A stretch of DNA of 64,000 bases from Octopus bimaculoides (Eukaryota). A program made the translations under genes and the position numbers. A model generated the notes under the pieces. That model saw only the letters and a list, made by a program, of their open reading frames with translations. It did not search any database and was not told the DNA's origin. Where the stretch lies: positions 23,671,123-23,735,122 of the forward strand of contig NC_068986.1 of the NCBI RefSeq assembly GCF_001194135.2, written 5' to 3'. Positions 25,589 to 38,843 of this stretch are shown piece by piece (the stretch's first letter is position 1; each line of letters opens with the position of its first letter).

Positions 25589-27109
25589 NNNNNNNNNNNN
25601 NNNNNNNNNNNNNNNNNNNNNNNNNNNNNNNNNNNNNNNNNNNNNNNNNNNNNNNNNNNNNNNNNNNNNNNNNNNNNNNNNNNNNNNNNNNNNNNNNNNN
25701 NNNNNNNNNNNNNNNNNNNNNNNNNNNNNNNNNNNNNNNNNNNNNNNNNNNNNNNNNNNNNNNNNNNNNNNNNNNNNNNNNNNNNNNNNNNNNNNNNNNN
25801 NNNNNNNNNNNNNNNNNNNNNNNNNNNNNNNNNNNNNNNNNNNNNNNNNNNNNNNNNNNNNNNNNNNNNNNNNNNNNNNNNNNNNNNNNNNNNNNNNNNN
25901 NNNNNNNNNNNNNNNNNNNNNNNNNNNNNNNNNNNNNNNNNNNNNNNNNNNNNNNNNNNNNNNNNNNNNNNNNNNNNNNNNNNNNNNNNNNNNNNNNNNN
26001 NNNNNNNNNNNNNNNNNNNNNNNNNNNNNNNNNNNNNNNNNNNNNNNNNNNNNNNNNNNNNNNNNNNNNNNNNNNNNNNNNNNNNNNNNNNNNNNNNNNN
26101 NNNNNNNNNNNNNNNNNNNNNNNNNNNNNNTGAGAATCTAGTATACTGCAGTCTACAAAGAAAAGAGTACACTGCTTTATATACTAAAAATTTTACAGCC
26201 ACATGCAAACGTATCCGATGAATTAGTTGTTGCCATAAAACCTGAATGAAACCGAGGTAAGCGTTACTGTTTATTTACATTAGACTCAGTGTCACACTGT
26301 AATATATTTCAGTAACTATAAGGTATAAATGTATTCGTTTTAAAATGATTCCATGCTGGAACTTCCTGCCGAGGTATGCATTAGATTGTATCCTATATAT
26401 ATATATTTATTTTACGTTAGAGTTGCTTATTGTCATTTATGAAATGTATGCGCATAAGGTAAAGCTTGCTACGAACAATTTTCCGAAAATATTTTATTAC
26501 GATAAGTTGGTTAAAAGTTGTTTGCATTCATTTGATAATTACAACATTGAATTTTAAAAATAATTCTCACTTGTAATGTAGTACCTGTGGTATTTTATTC
26601 ATCAACACAAAGTTGGAATATATCATAGATGTCAGGTTAGAACGTCTTACATAAACGAAACAAAAAATCGGAAACTGAATAAATGTTGATTTTTTTCTCC
26701 ATATTTCGGTTACTTTGTGTGGTAGTGTACACTATGTTAAAGCTAATTTAGTATGTTATTAGTATTAATGTAATCGTCTTATGGTGGGATGAAATTCAAT
26801 GTTGACATCGGTTAGATTTAATATTGGAAATTTTGAGAACAAGGTAAGTATTATACGACATCCAACGTTGTATTCTATCGAAGGAAAATAAGTGAATTTT
26901 ACAAGCTAACAATAGATATATTTATATAGATAGGAGTCATGAAAAATGCTTACTACAAATTTCATGCTTTCACAAAATAATTAAGCGATATTAATGAAAT
27001 AAACCTGCGCCGAGATTCGAACCTGGCTTGCATTCGTGAAATGGTAGTAGCTTAGAAATTTCTGAACTGCTATTATACATTTTAATTGAGCTTTACTACA
27101 CAGAAATAT

Positions 27110-27420
27110 ATGTTGTTGTTTGTTTCTTCTCGAGCCATACCTGGCTCTTAAGGGCCTGTTTCCCGGTTTCATTGGTGTATACGTTCCCGACCTGTTCGGG
27201 ACGCAAGTCCGTTGCAGGTGAGCTGCTAGATGCAGGAGGAAAGATTCAGAGAATGTTGTCGCGAAAGACTCAGCAAAATTTCGCCATTATCTTCTACTGG
27301 AGCCGCGTGGTGCTTAGGTGTTTCGTTCACAAACAAACACATCACCCGCTCTGAGATTCGAATCCACGATTCCTCGACCGCCAGTCCGTTGCTCTAAACA
27401 CTAGGCCATTTGGCTCCACA
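27110..27420 (-). mobile_element. Chimeric SINE: family A-like head plus family D (V-like) tail
   Basis: The minus strand starts tggagccaaatggcctagtg...ggattcgaatctcag...gaacgaaacacctaagcaccacgcggctcc (A-like) and ends gcaacggacttgcgtcccg...gaaaccgggaaacaggccc (D-like). Confidence 0.6.
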
Positions 27421-28122
27421 CACAGACATATGCTTCATTCTACGGGTGTAGTCGTGACACTGCTTTTCTCAAGGAAATTAATAGTGTGAATTTAATGAAT
27501 TTATATCAACCAGTAATCGAAACCGTGTTCGTCTTTCCACTCTCCAAAGATTCATCATCTCCAGAGATATAACTTACTTACAATACATTTTTGCATGGTG
27601 ATGGTGAAACGGATTTTACAGACAGTGTCAATCATTGCTGGTTTGTATGTACAGCCTGCATTCAAGAATATAGGACTGTGTGTTAACATTAGAAATCAAT
27701 ATTGACCTCAAAGGCAGTATGAACTCTAGTTCACTCATGGGATACCAAAAGCTATTTAGTGGATGGTGTTCGCTGGTTAATTACACCCAAATGACTGCTC
27801 CAGAGTGTTAGTTTTATGATTGTTCAACCACGATTTATTAATTGAAAGACATTCAAAGCGGTAACCTTGATTTGGCACCATAGGCATATCAATTATTAAG
27901 TTGAATTCCTTCTACTTGAGGTTTCAGATAACTAATCTACTCTGACTGAGCTGAGTAACTAATTAGTTTCACTTGTATAGAAATTAAGCACAACAAACGT
28001 GCTTAAAATAATTGCTGGAATGAACTCTGGTCATTTTACACTTGGTGTAATCCATCCAGGAACATAAGCACGCAGTGATTGCATCATCAAATTGTTATCT
28101 ACTTCATCTCATTCGATGATTA

Positions 28123-28125
<3 letters not shown>

Positions 28126-28162
<37 letters not shown>

Positions 28163-28244
28163 GTACTACTGCTGCTGCTGCTGCTGCTGATTCTGGTTCT
28201 GCTGCTAGTGCTGGTTCTGTTGCTGCAGCTGCTGCTGCTGCTGC
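28126..28244. repeat. Compound (CTA)n/(CTG)n microsatellite
   Basis: Visible directly in the sequence. Confidence 0.9.
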
Positions 28245-29114
28245 CATGCCTTTTGTTTCGTATTACCTGGTAGCTGTTAACTTATCAAGCAAACGTTTCT
28301 CTTTCTTTCTCTTCCTAGCTCTCTCTATCTTTCTCTGTGGTGTATANNNNNNNNNNNNNNNNNNNNNNNNNNNNNNNNNNNNNNNNNNNNNNNNNNNNNN
28401 NNNNNNNNNNNNNNNNNNNNNNNNNNNNNNNNNNNNNNNNNNNNNNNNNNNNNNNNNNNNNNNNNNNNNNNNNNNNNNNNNNNNNNNNNNNNNNNNNNNN
28501 NNNNNNNNNNNNNNNNNNNNNNNNNNNNNNNNNNNNNNNNNNNNNNNNNNNNNNNNNNNNNNNNNNNNNNNNNNNNNNNNNNNNNNNNNNNNNNNNNNNN
28601 NNNNNNNNNNNNNNNNNNNNNNNNNNNNNNNNNNNNNNNNNNNNNNNNNNNNNNNNNNNNNNNNNNNNNNNNNNNNNNNNNNNNNNNNNNNNNNNNNNNN
28701 NNNNNNNNNNNNNNNNNNNNNNNNNNNNNNNNNNNNNNNNNNNNNNNNNNNNNNNNNNNNNNNNNNNNNNNNNNNNNNNNNNNNNNNNNNNNNNNNNNNN
28801 NNNNNNNNNNNNNNNNNNNNNNNNNNNNNNNNNNNNNNNNNNNNNNNNNNNNNNNNNNNNNNNNNNNNNNNNNNNNNNNNNNNNNNNNNNNNNNNNNNNN
28901 NNNNNNNNNNNNNNNNNNNNNNNNNNNNNNNNNNNNNNNNNNNNNNNNNNNNNNNNNNNNNNNNNNNNNNNNNNNNNNNNNNNNNNNNNNNNNNNNNNNN
29001 NNNNNNNNNNNNNNNNNNNNNNNNNNNNNNNNNNNNNNNNNNNNNNNNNNNNNNNNNNNNNNNNNNNNNNNNNNNNNNNNNNNNNNNNNNNNNNNNNNNN
29101 NNNNNNNNNNNNNN

Positions 29115-29150
<36 letters not shown>

Positions 29151-29360
29151 CTGTCTGTGTTCGTCCCCCAACGTCGCTTGACAACCGATGCTGGTGTGTT
29201 TATGTCCCCGTCACTTAGCGGTTCGGCAAAAGAGACCGATACAATAAGTACCACGCTTACAAAGAATAAGTCCTTGGGTCGATATGCTCGACTAAAGGCG
29301 GTGCTCCAACATGGCCGCAGACAAATGACTGAAACAAGTAAAAGAGTAAAGAGTAAGAGA
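29115..29360 (+). mobile_element. SINE family C internal microsatellite plus 3' half
   Basis: (TA)n(TG)n, then tcccccaacgtcgcttgacaaccgatgctggtgtg...gactgaaacaagtaaaagagtaaagag. Confidence 0.8.
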
Positions 29361-32103
29361 GGTAAAAATAAATACTTTCCATAGAATGTTTTAAAATAGG
29401 GTATCCATATCGAAATCAGTATAAAACGGTGGAAAAGCAAATCTGGAGAAATAAATAAAAAAAATATATGTGTTGCAAACCTGTGGATTCCAACAAAAAT
29501 GTGAGAAAACATCTTGTGATATTTTGAATCTAAATGAGAAGGGAAGGTGAGTATTTAGACTGGACAAATCACTAAAAATCTGCGATAGTGAGGCTCCGGT
29601 AGATTAAATAAGGACTCGACTTGAAATATTTTCGCAACATACATTTTAGATATGGAAATAAAAAAAAATTATTGATGTTCTATTATGCCTTGCTTTTTAT
29701 AGGTTGTTTATTTCACAGGCTTTTGTGAAGGTGGTCTAGCAAAATCATTAACACAACGGACAAATTGGTTAATCGTGTTTCTTCTGGCTTTATTCTTTGA
29801 GTTCAACTCCTGCCGAAGTCAAGTTTTTCTTCCGCTTGCGTTAAAATAAATGCCAGTTGAGCTAGTATTTCTTTTATCGATATTGGGCTCGTTGTAGTTA
29901 GATATTATCAGACATTGAACATATTGTAAAAAATAATTTTTCCAATATGTTTCTTTTACTGTATAGGCTTTTGTCGTAGCTGTGGATAATTCAAAATTTA
30001 TATAGACATTTGTTGTTAAGCCGTTTTTGTGAAATACACTTCGCTAAGTTTAATAATGATACACCCAGTGGTATACATAAATCACTCTGCGTTTGTCTGT
30101 ACGTGCATGTGTGCTGTGTTTGTATGAGCGTAGTGTGTGTGTGTGTGTGTGTGCTGGTGTAATTTCGTGATCCTCAAACGTTTAAGAGCAAAGATACATT
30201 AAAAAACAATCTATCTACTGAATATCTTATGAAGAATATTTGATTTCCATTTTTTGTCGTTCCGTGACAATATTTGCATGAGCTAAAAAGAATATGAAGA
30301 TCTAGTGAAAAATAAAAAAGGAAATGTGATATCAGAATTGGTCGAATGCAAGTTATCGAAAATTTACTTGCTTAAAATTTATCAAAAGGTGGAATTAATT
30401 CCTCTAAGTAACAATATAAAAATAGATTTTCTTTCGTTACTGTCGAATTTCTATAGGCTTTGACGTTTTATGTTGCACATCATTTCCCTTTTATTTGTAC
30501 ACTTGCTTTTCTCTACGTGTTTCCATGCAGTCGTGTATACATGTATCAATCATGATGTTACTTCAAACAAATCTTATTCTGCTTGATATATCACCCAGCT
30601 TCCTTTACTATCTCTGTTTACCAAATAGGACCCACTATATTCCTCTTTGCTTTTTTCAATAATAAACTTGAACTATGGGAAGAAAACATATGAAACAAAC
30701 TTTTCAACTTCCTGTAAATCTAAATTCAAACTATTTTTAAATTATTTAAATTACTCGTAGTTTATTCGCATATTTTTGTCATGAAACCCAATATCCTTGT
30801 CTCCTGATATTTTTCATGATTTTTTCGATTTGCTGAGAGAAAGAGAAAATGGAATCCACGGGACTCTTTATTCATCACAATGACCGTTTCGACCTATTTT
30901 GCATCGGTCCCTCGCAGCTGAGATACTGTACATCTGGTTATGTTGCATTTTTCGGTGCAGATCTTTCTCATCAGGGGAACTTTAAAAAGGTGTCTCACTC
31001 ACTAAACTCGGCTTCGCTTGGTTCTATTATAATGCATGTCATTATTTGCTTGTAGCTGGTTGCCTTCAGGTTCCGTGGGCTGGAATGACATGAGATGAAT
31101 ACCTTTTTTTATATACCCTTAATACGTCTACATATAGTTAATCGTAAATATAACACTATTAATAAAAGAATATTTGGTAAGTATACACTTGTTCTCGTAA
31201 ACATGCGCATAGAGACAAACCGATAGCCTCGTGGACGGACGGACATGTATCTTCTTGGTTACAGATAAAGATATGTCATTAAACACAACCAAAGATAATA
31301 CAGTCTTGTTAGAGACAAAGAGACAAAGAGCAGTGGCACATTCTGGTTATTGAGTAGTATTTGGCGGCTTGACATCTACATTTCGTAAATGCTCCTCTGT
31401 GCAGTCAGGTTACAGAATGCTACACACGACAGAGCCGGCGTGTTTCGGCAGCCGTTTGATGTTGATATATGAGCTGGCCTGTCAGTACCTGGAGCGCAAG
31501 CTTTGTCTGTCTATGTATATCTCGATACTAGTGTCCACATGCATGTATACCTATGTATACACACACACACACATACACGCACACACGCACACACATACAC
31601 ACACATACATACATACATACGTACATTACATTCCTATATATACACACCCGCGTATGTTCTCTAAGGCACAGACATAAATACGAACATGCACACAATCCCG
31701 TACTAACAACCAGAGCTAGGTCGGACACACAGACACATTCCCACACGAATAGATTACGTTATGTTCCTTGTCTGGGTTAATAATATATGCGGATGCATAG
31801 GAGGGATACAATGGAATACAATATGTATATCAATAATACAACATTAACTTCAATAACGCAGCATAAGGATGTCAATAATACGGTATACATCTTGCTTATG
31901 AAATTATTGCAAGACGAGTTTATGGATATTAACTGAATAAATAGTCCATAACATGTTGCTCAGGCAATAATGGCATGGGCAGTAGTTACGTATTAATTGA
32001 ATAAACAGTCCATAGCATATAAAAATGCACTACAGTCTGATTTGCATATATTCAATATTCCAGAGAGTACCTTGATGTTCAGTTCATCGCCAAGGGAAAC
32101 AAT

Positions 32104-32322
32104 GGCGGCGAGCTGGCCGAACCGTTAGCATTCCGGGCAAAATGTGTATCGATATTTCGTCAGTCCTTATGCTCTGAGTTCAAATTCCAGCGAGGTCTAT
32201 TCTGCCTTTCCTCCTTTCGGGGTTGATAAAATATGTACCAGTTTAACACCGGGGTGGGGTGGGGGGTAATCGACTATTCCCCTCCCCATAAATTTCAGGC
32301 CTTTTGCCTAGAGTAGAAAGGA
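32104..32322 (+). mobile_element. SINE family B
   Basis: ggcggcgagctggccgaaccgttagc...gagttcaaattcc...ggccttttgcctagagtagaaagga. Confidence 0.8.
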
Positions 32323-32559
32323 TTCTCATAGTTCAGGAAACATTATTTAGAGACATTCACAAGGACATGCATGGCAGTGTACAAAAAGATACTATTTCCA
32401 CTTTATATATATATATATCAGGAAGTACTGTCATTGTGCCAAGTAGGTCATAATCTTGAACACCAACCGTATCTTACGACTTGAGTCATATATCACAAAA
32501 CTCGTACGACAATATCTTGACTTAGTTTAAGCACACTGGAATATTAGTTCGTCTATCTT

Positions 32560-33240
32560 TTGGGAGTCAGTGTAGGTTTGACATGATATGAATGGCGCTT
32601 GTGTGCGGAAGATGAAGCAAGAAAAAAGCTTGATAATTGCATAGGAGTGGGTGTCATTGACAACAAGCAAGACTTGTGGATGGATGAGTCTCTGTAATGA
32701 CGAAACTTGGCGAACACCAGTAATAATAGTGTTGGTTTGAGAAATCTCCCTCATTATGTGTTGCATATCTAACAAACTACCAATAATCGATAGTCGGGCA
32801 GTTTGGTTAGGAAATTAATGTGCTAGACTCAGTCGAATACTCTGTTGTTCAGTGATAGAAAAATTATTTCATTAGATTTTAGTATACAAACTCCGTACTG
32901 GAGGCATTCACATGGAAAATAGATCGAAAGTGTTGGAAAAGGATGTTATCAAATCTGTCTCAGTTACTTTTAAGATGCGGAAGATGGACGTCAGAGGACG
33001 ATAGTTAGCAAGCCGCAGGGTTTTGCTTTTCTTGAAAATGATAAACACGATTAGGATAGGATATAGTTTTGTGTGAGGGAAAGATTGAATTTAGAGAGAA
33101 TGGGAACTAGTTCGAGGGAGCATTGCATGTAGCTTATATAATGGATATTGTTAGTGCTGGTGGCATTAGTGGTTTGAAGAGACCAGAGTTGTTTTCGCAC
33201 TGGACTTGTATATGTAGTTAATAATAAATTTGGCAATTAG
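32560..33240 (-). mobile_element. Old CR1/L2-type LINE reverse transcriptase remnant
   Basis: The minus strand around 33045-32960 reads VFIIFKKSKTLRLANYRPLTSIFRILKVTE, resembling the CR1/L2 RT start motif PIFKKG....NYRPISLTS. Heavily degraded; boundaries approximate. Confidence 0.55.
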
Positions 33241-34109
33241 AAAAAGGATAATTCTTGAGGATATTTACCAATTGTATTCAATGTAGCATTTAATGCAAAG
33301 CGGGGAAAATATTTTGGGGACATTTTCTCTGAATGTAGTGCTTTCTCAACAATAATTATTAAGATGTTGACGTTGCAAAAATGGAAAGGATCCTTTCTGA
33401 TAATGGGTCAAAATAATCGACTGTAGTGCGGGAGGTTGGGGGTGCTTGCGGGCTGTGCGATGCACGGAGGTATTCCTGAAATGATTAAAAACAACCAGCT
33501 ACATTTGATAGCGATATAGAAAAGAAAGCCTCCGTCAATACTGTGCCAGACATTGCTTTCGAATGCTTCTGGTATAACCTGATATGATCTTAGCAAGCGT
33601 GAAGTGAGGAAAATAATATCGTAGATATACATACGCTGGTCTTCTAACGAATGTATTATACTTGCAGATTAAAATATGAACTAAAAATATTAAAATGAAA
33701 AACAAATGCAAAACATCAAACAGTATAATCACGTAATGCTTAAAAGACATATTGCTTTCGAAGTATCATTGTTTTACTTTTCTCTTTGTCAACGTATTCG
33801 ACAAATTCTAATCTTTCCGTCACCTTCCAAAATGATTTGGCGAACTTTCAGATTCTCACTGAAAATAGTATCAAACTGATAAGATTTCAGCATTCTTTTA
33901 TTTGATATGCTTTTAGTTTTATTGTTAATTTGTATTATGGTGCTGTAGGAATTCCATTATTATTTTTATTTATTTATGTCTACTGGAATGAAAATATTTA
34001 CATCGTGTGAATATCTAACCGAACAATCAATGACTTATTATCTTCAGATTTATCTGTCTATCTCTTCTTTTGTCTTTCTGTAACTTTGTACGTACCTACC
34101 CCCGTACAT

Positions 34110-34169
<60 letters not shown>

Positions 34170-34245
34170 TATATGTGTGTGTGCTGCGAATGTATATATT
34201 CTTTTTAAATCTTTCTTTCACTCTCATTCACGCACACAAATGAAA

Positions 34246-34590
34246 TGGATCTCCGTCAGTTTCCACGATATGCATCCACTTTCTCCGATCAAGCGTTCTA
34301 TCAATTAACGTGCAACCGGTTGAGTATTCCACAAACATGTTTCTTCTCTCACTTAAGCCTAACACAAAAGCAATACGGCGCAATATATGATGAAGTTGGA
34401 CTTTCGAATTCTATTCACAATCCCCCTGACTGGTTACTACACTTTTCGTCTACGTATTTCTGCTTTTTAAGTCTTGGCTTGGCCCGAGCCTACGTTAAAA
34501 CATGCTTACTAATAACCTACACAGTGAGATCGAACTTGTGATATCTTTTTCGCAAAGCAACGTGCTTAACGTTTCAGCCACCTGACGTTC
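34246..34590 (-). mobile_element. Old SINE 'F': family C-like head plus family A-like tail
   Basis: Minus strand: ggtggctgaaacgttaagcacg...agttcgatctcactgtg...ctcgggccaagcc (C-like), ending gtggaatactcaaccggttgcacgttaatt...ctgacggag (A-like). Confidence 0.5.
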
Positions 34591-35149
34591 AAACAACTGC
34601 CATGAGACGGTTAAATGGAAAGGAGGTTGCATCAACAGTAAGCTATTGTTTTATTTATTTATCGTGAAGGGATAAAGGACAAAATTGAATCTGGCGGGAT
34701 TTGATCTTGAAACACAAAGATCCTGAACCAATGTCAGACTATCAACGTATTCTCCCTGATACCCTAATAACTTCGCTAATCATATCAACAAATCCATTAG
34801 CATGATTAGCTGACCTGATGGTCAGATGCAAAAGAATTTACCTTCTGATGACAGGCTTTATTAATCTTTTATTTCCCAGAAAATTTCCTCAATTCGGCTT
34901 TCTATTCAACTTATATTCTGTGAACCCTGGTGTATTCTAAGCCCTCCTTCTGTAAAATTAGGATTATCTATCTATTCCTGTTAAACACACCACACACGCG
35001 CATACATAAACATTCACATAGACGAACACACACAGATAGATATACACATGCACAGCTATACAGGAGTGCTCAGCTGTGCGCATAGTACTATGTCCCGCAC
35101 GGTCTCCATATGTGATCAATTTACAGTTAAAACTATAAAGCGAACAACA

Positions 35150-35440
35150 AAGTCCTGAGTTTCTCGTGTTTTAGGACTCATGATGCAGGTTATCTGGTTT
35201 CCATGACGTATATGCAGACAATCATCATAGCAATACACCTGAACAGGACGCAGGTCCGTTGCAGTTTCAAGACAAGTAATTTTGATGGGAGCGAACACAT
35301 TAGTTGACTCAGTATTTGATGGATACTTTATTTATTTCATTGACCACTAAGGGATTAAAAGCAAACTTCAAAGTCATTGGAACTCAGAATGTAAAGACCT
35401 GTAAGAAATACCGCTCGGCATTTTGTAAAGTGCTGAAAAT
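35150..35440 (-). mobile_element. Degraded SINE B core followed by a D (V-like) tail
   Basis: Minus strand gaagtttgcttttaatcccttagtggtcaatgaaataaat..., then gcaacggacctgcgtcctgttcagg...catggaaaccag. Confidence 0.45.
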
Positions 35441-36169
35441 CCTGCCATCATGCTCACCTAAGCCCAGCCATAATAATTCTGTCCTTGGGCCCAAATCAGG
35501 TATCAGCATTACAGACTGAGTTTGAAAGAATATGGTAAAAGCTTCCAGATAGATGATTAAATAACGTACCACATGGTATACAGTTAAGTTCTTTTTTAAT
35601 AATCTAAGATCAACTCTAAAACATTGTTGCAAGTTTCATAAAAGAATACCAGTAATAAAATGAGGTGAATTCAGTTTCATATAACCTTAATGCTTCTCCT
35701 GTGTGCCGGTGTAAGAAATCGATCTATAGATAGATCACTAGATAAAACAATTGAAGGGTGTATATAAGGCAGTAACACTCGACATCCAGACAACCCCACA
35801 CAGACACGCAAACACAGACACGCACAGACACACGCAGACACACTCATACACATACATGCATATATACATTGATGCATACTTATATATGCATATATATATA
35901 TATANNNNNNNNNNNNNNNNNNNNNNNNNNNNNNNNNNNNNNNNNNNNNNNNNNNNNNNNNNNNNNNNNNNNNNNNNNNNNNNNNNNNNNNNNNNNNNNN
36001 NNNNNNNNNNNNNNNNNNNNNNNNNNNNNNNNNNNNNNNNNNNNNNNNNNNNNNNNNNNNNNNNNNNNNNNNNNNNNNNNNNNNNNNNNNNNNNNNATAT
36101 ATATAAGCGCAAGGAGGTACATGTTAACTTGTGGAAGATTCAATCAATGCGTATATATGCATAAATATG

Positions 36170-36215
<46 letters not shown>

Positions 36216-37386
36216 TGTATGTACATAACAATAGGAAAGTAGAAATCGATTGACAGGTAATAGATATATTGCTGGTTAGATAAATAGACAGACAGTTAGA
36301 TAGATAGCAAGGCGCATGTAAAAGTAGAATAGTTCGATAATTATATCTAAAGAGATAGAAATAAGAAATAATAGAACGATTGAGAGATAGGTAAGTAGGT
36401 AGATATATAAGCATCTAGATAGGTAGGTAGATGAATGGATCCTAAGACACGATGCATATATGAATACGTAATGCTACGAAATTTCAAAAGGAAAACGCAT
36501 GAATGATGAGAGCAGTTGCTGTTATTGCTGTGTAAATCTTTATAGCGATTGAGTTGAATGTTATTTGCAATAGCCATTATTTGACAAGTAGTCGGTGAAG
36601 AGAAATTTACGATGATGAAAATATGCTTAATATTAATAATTGAAGAATAACACAGAATATTCCTTTTCAAAGAGCGATTAATACGGTTTTTGGAGAACAA
36701 AGGAAACTTCCGAGAAATCGTATTTCGTCCACGTTATTGAAATTTTCTTCATGTATCGCTTTGTATATTTGCCTTTATGCAAAGGCCTACATGCGTATAA
36801 GTGAACATTTGCACTCCCTACATTATATATGTATGCATTTATATAACACACACACACATACACATATATACATAGATAGATGGGTCGTTAAGTAGACAGA
36901 TAGATAGACAGATATATATGCGCTTGCCTATCTGTGTGTATGTATATGTGGATGTTTAACATTTGCATGAGTGTTCCTTAAGCTCTCCTTGTTTGACTTA
37001 TAAAATCAATGAAAATTCCTATTGTCATTTAAATATTCATTTCTGTAAAGTTTCGCCACCTTAAAACTTTTCAAATTAATGGAGGAATAAAGGAATAATG
37101 TCTTCGGCATGATGGGAGTAAGATTATATATATATATATATATATATNNNNNNNNNNNNNNNNNNNNNNNNNNNNNNNNNNNNNNNNNNNNNNNNNNNNN
37201 NNNNNNNNNNNNNNNNNNNNNNNNNNNNNNNNNNNNNNNNNNNNNNNNNNNNNNNNNNNNNNNNNNNNNNNNNNNNNNNNNNNNNNNNNNNNNNNNNNNN
37301 NNNNNNNNNNNNNNNNNNNNNNNNNNNNNNNNNNNNNNNNNNNNNNNNNNNNNNNNNNNNNNNNNNNNNNNNNNNNNNNNNNNNNN

Positions 37387-37445
<59 letters not shown>

Positions 37446-37977
37446 AATATGGTATATATAATGGAGGAAGGAACAAAATATAAATAATTGCTTATGCTAT
37501 TACAATTCAGAATCTATATAATTTCTAGAACTCTCCAAGATAATTTATTGTATTAATTTAAAATAATCATCCCCAAATATTTAATAATGAGGCACATCTA
37601 TTTGGATGATAAAGGAGTTGAATGAAGAGAGATATAAGTAAAATCACGTGTTTTCTATGTATTATTATAATAGAATATATATGGTGGAGGAGATTAAATG
37701 GCGAAAACATTCCTTTCAATAAATGTATCTGACCAAAGAAAGGATATTTTAAATTTGGGTGGGATTTTACTTGCTGCGTGCGATGGATAAGGGATTCTCT
37801 ATCCCTTTTGCATGCCTACCTAAACATCTGAGATTAATTGTATTAATGTTAGTCAACGCCTCTGTGAATGTACCAATGCATACAAAAATCTAATAATATA
37901 GCTACTGTTGAAGTTGCTACTGGTCCTTTGTTATCTAACGCATATTTATCAAGGTTTATCATTCGGTACGTTGGAAA

Positions 37978-38200
37978 TAGTGGTTTAAAGGTTAGGGTAT
38001 TGGTCTCATGCTCGTAAGATTGTAGTTTCGATTCCTGGACCGAGTAACACCTTGAGTCCTAAAGCAAGACACATGCCTTAACGTTGCACGAGTCCACTTA
38101 GCTGGCAAAAATGAGTAACCTTGCGACGGATGAGCTTCCAATCCAGGTGGGGAATATACACGCCATGGAAACCGGGAAACCGGCCGTAAGGGACTACATG
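37978..38200 (+). mobile_element. tRNA-derived SINE family D
   Basis: Head gtggtttaaaggttagggta...gtttcgattcctggaccg, core agtccacttagctggcaaaaatgagt, tail gcgacgga...ccatggaaaccgggaaaccggcc; matches the reverse complement of 42862-43078. Confidence 0.7.
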
Positions 38201-38776
38201 ATTTGGGAAATTTCCATGTTGGCAAGAAAACTGAGCAAGTTAATAAACCCCGCTTAACAGAGAATTTGAATTACATTTGCTAAATCCAGACAACTTTACT
38301 GAAATATATATATATATATATATATATTACTGGTGAAGGCCGGTTTATATAGGTTACCTTGGGTTTCTCGCCATAAAGCGTACTTTTATGGCGTAAATTG
38401 AGATCCTAAGACCTGTTGGCCTATGACCTCTTTAAAATATGGAGCGGGAAATAAACAATGGGAATTATCTCCCTTTGCTGATTGCCATCGGCTTTCGGCT
38501 GTGTCGTCCTCCTTCAGCTACGCCAACTGTCGACTATGAGGTGAAAAGTTAGAGGGTCATCTGTCACTCTCATCAGCAATCAATTTCCAGCTGTGGTGTA
38601 ATTATCACTCATGCAACTGTTATCACTATTATGCGGTTCCCAAAATGCTAACAGGAATCTCCTGAAATGCAAGCAGAGCTCGAAAATCTCCGTTCTGGAG
38701 TTCAGCATGATTCTTGGTACGTGCGTATTTTTCAGGATTTCCATGCGTTCGGCTACGCATATATATATATATATAT

Positions 38777-38843
<67 letters not shown>

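Noticed and set aside
28126-28248. Minus-strand poly-Ala ORF start (MAAAAAAAATEPALAAEPES...)
   Set aside because: It is a CTG/CTA compound microsatellite running into poly-Val and a stop.
30960-30972. Other CTGATGA/TCATCAG hits (e.g. 13913, 17646, 30966, 34845, 38569, 40967, 58007)
   Set aside because: They lack a correctly spaced stem II and GAAAC, so they are not hammerheads.
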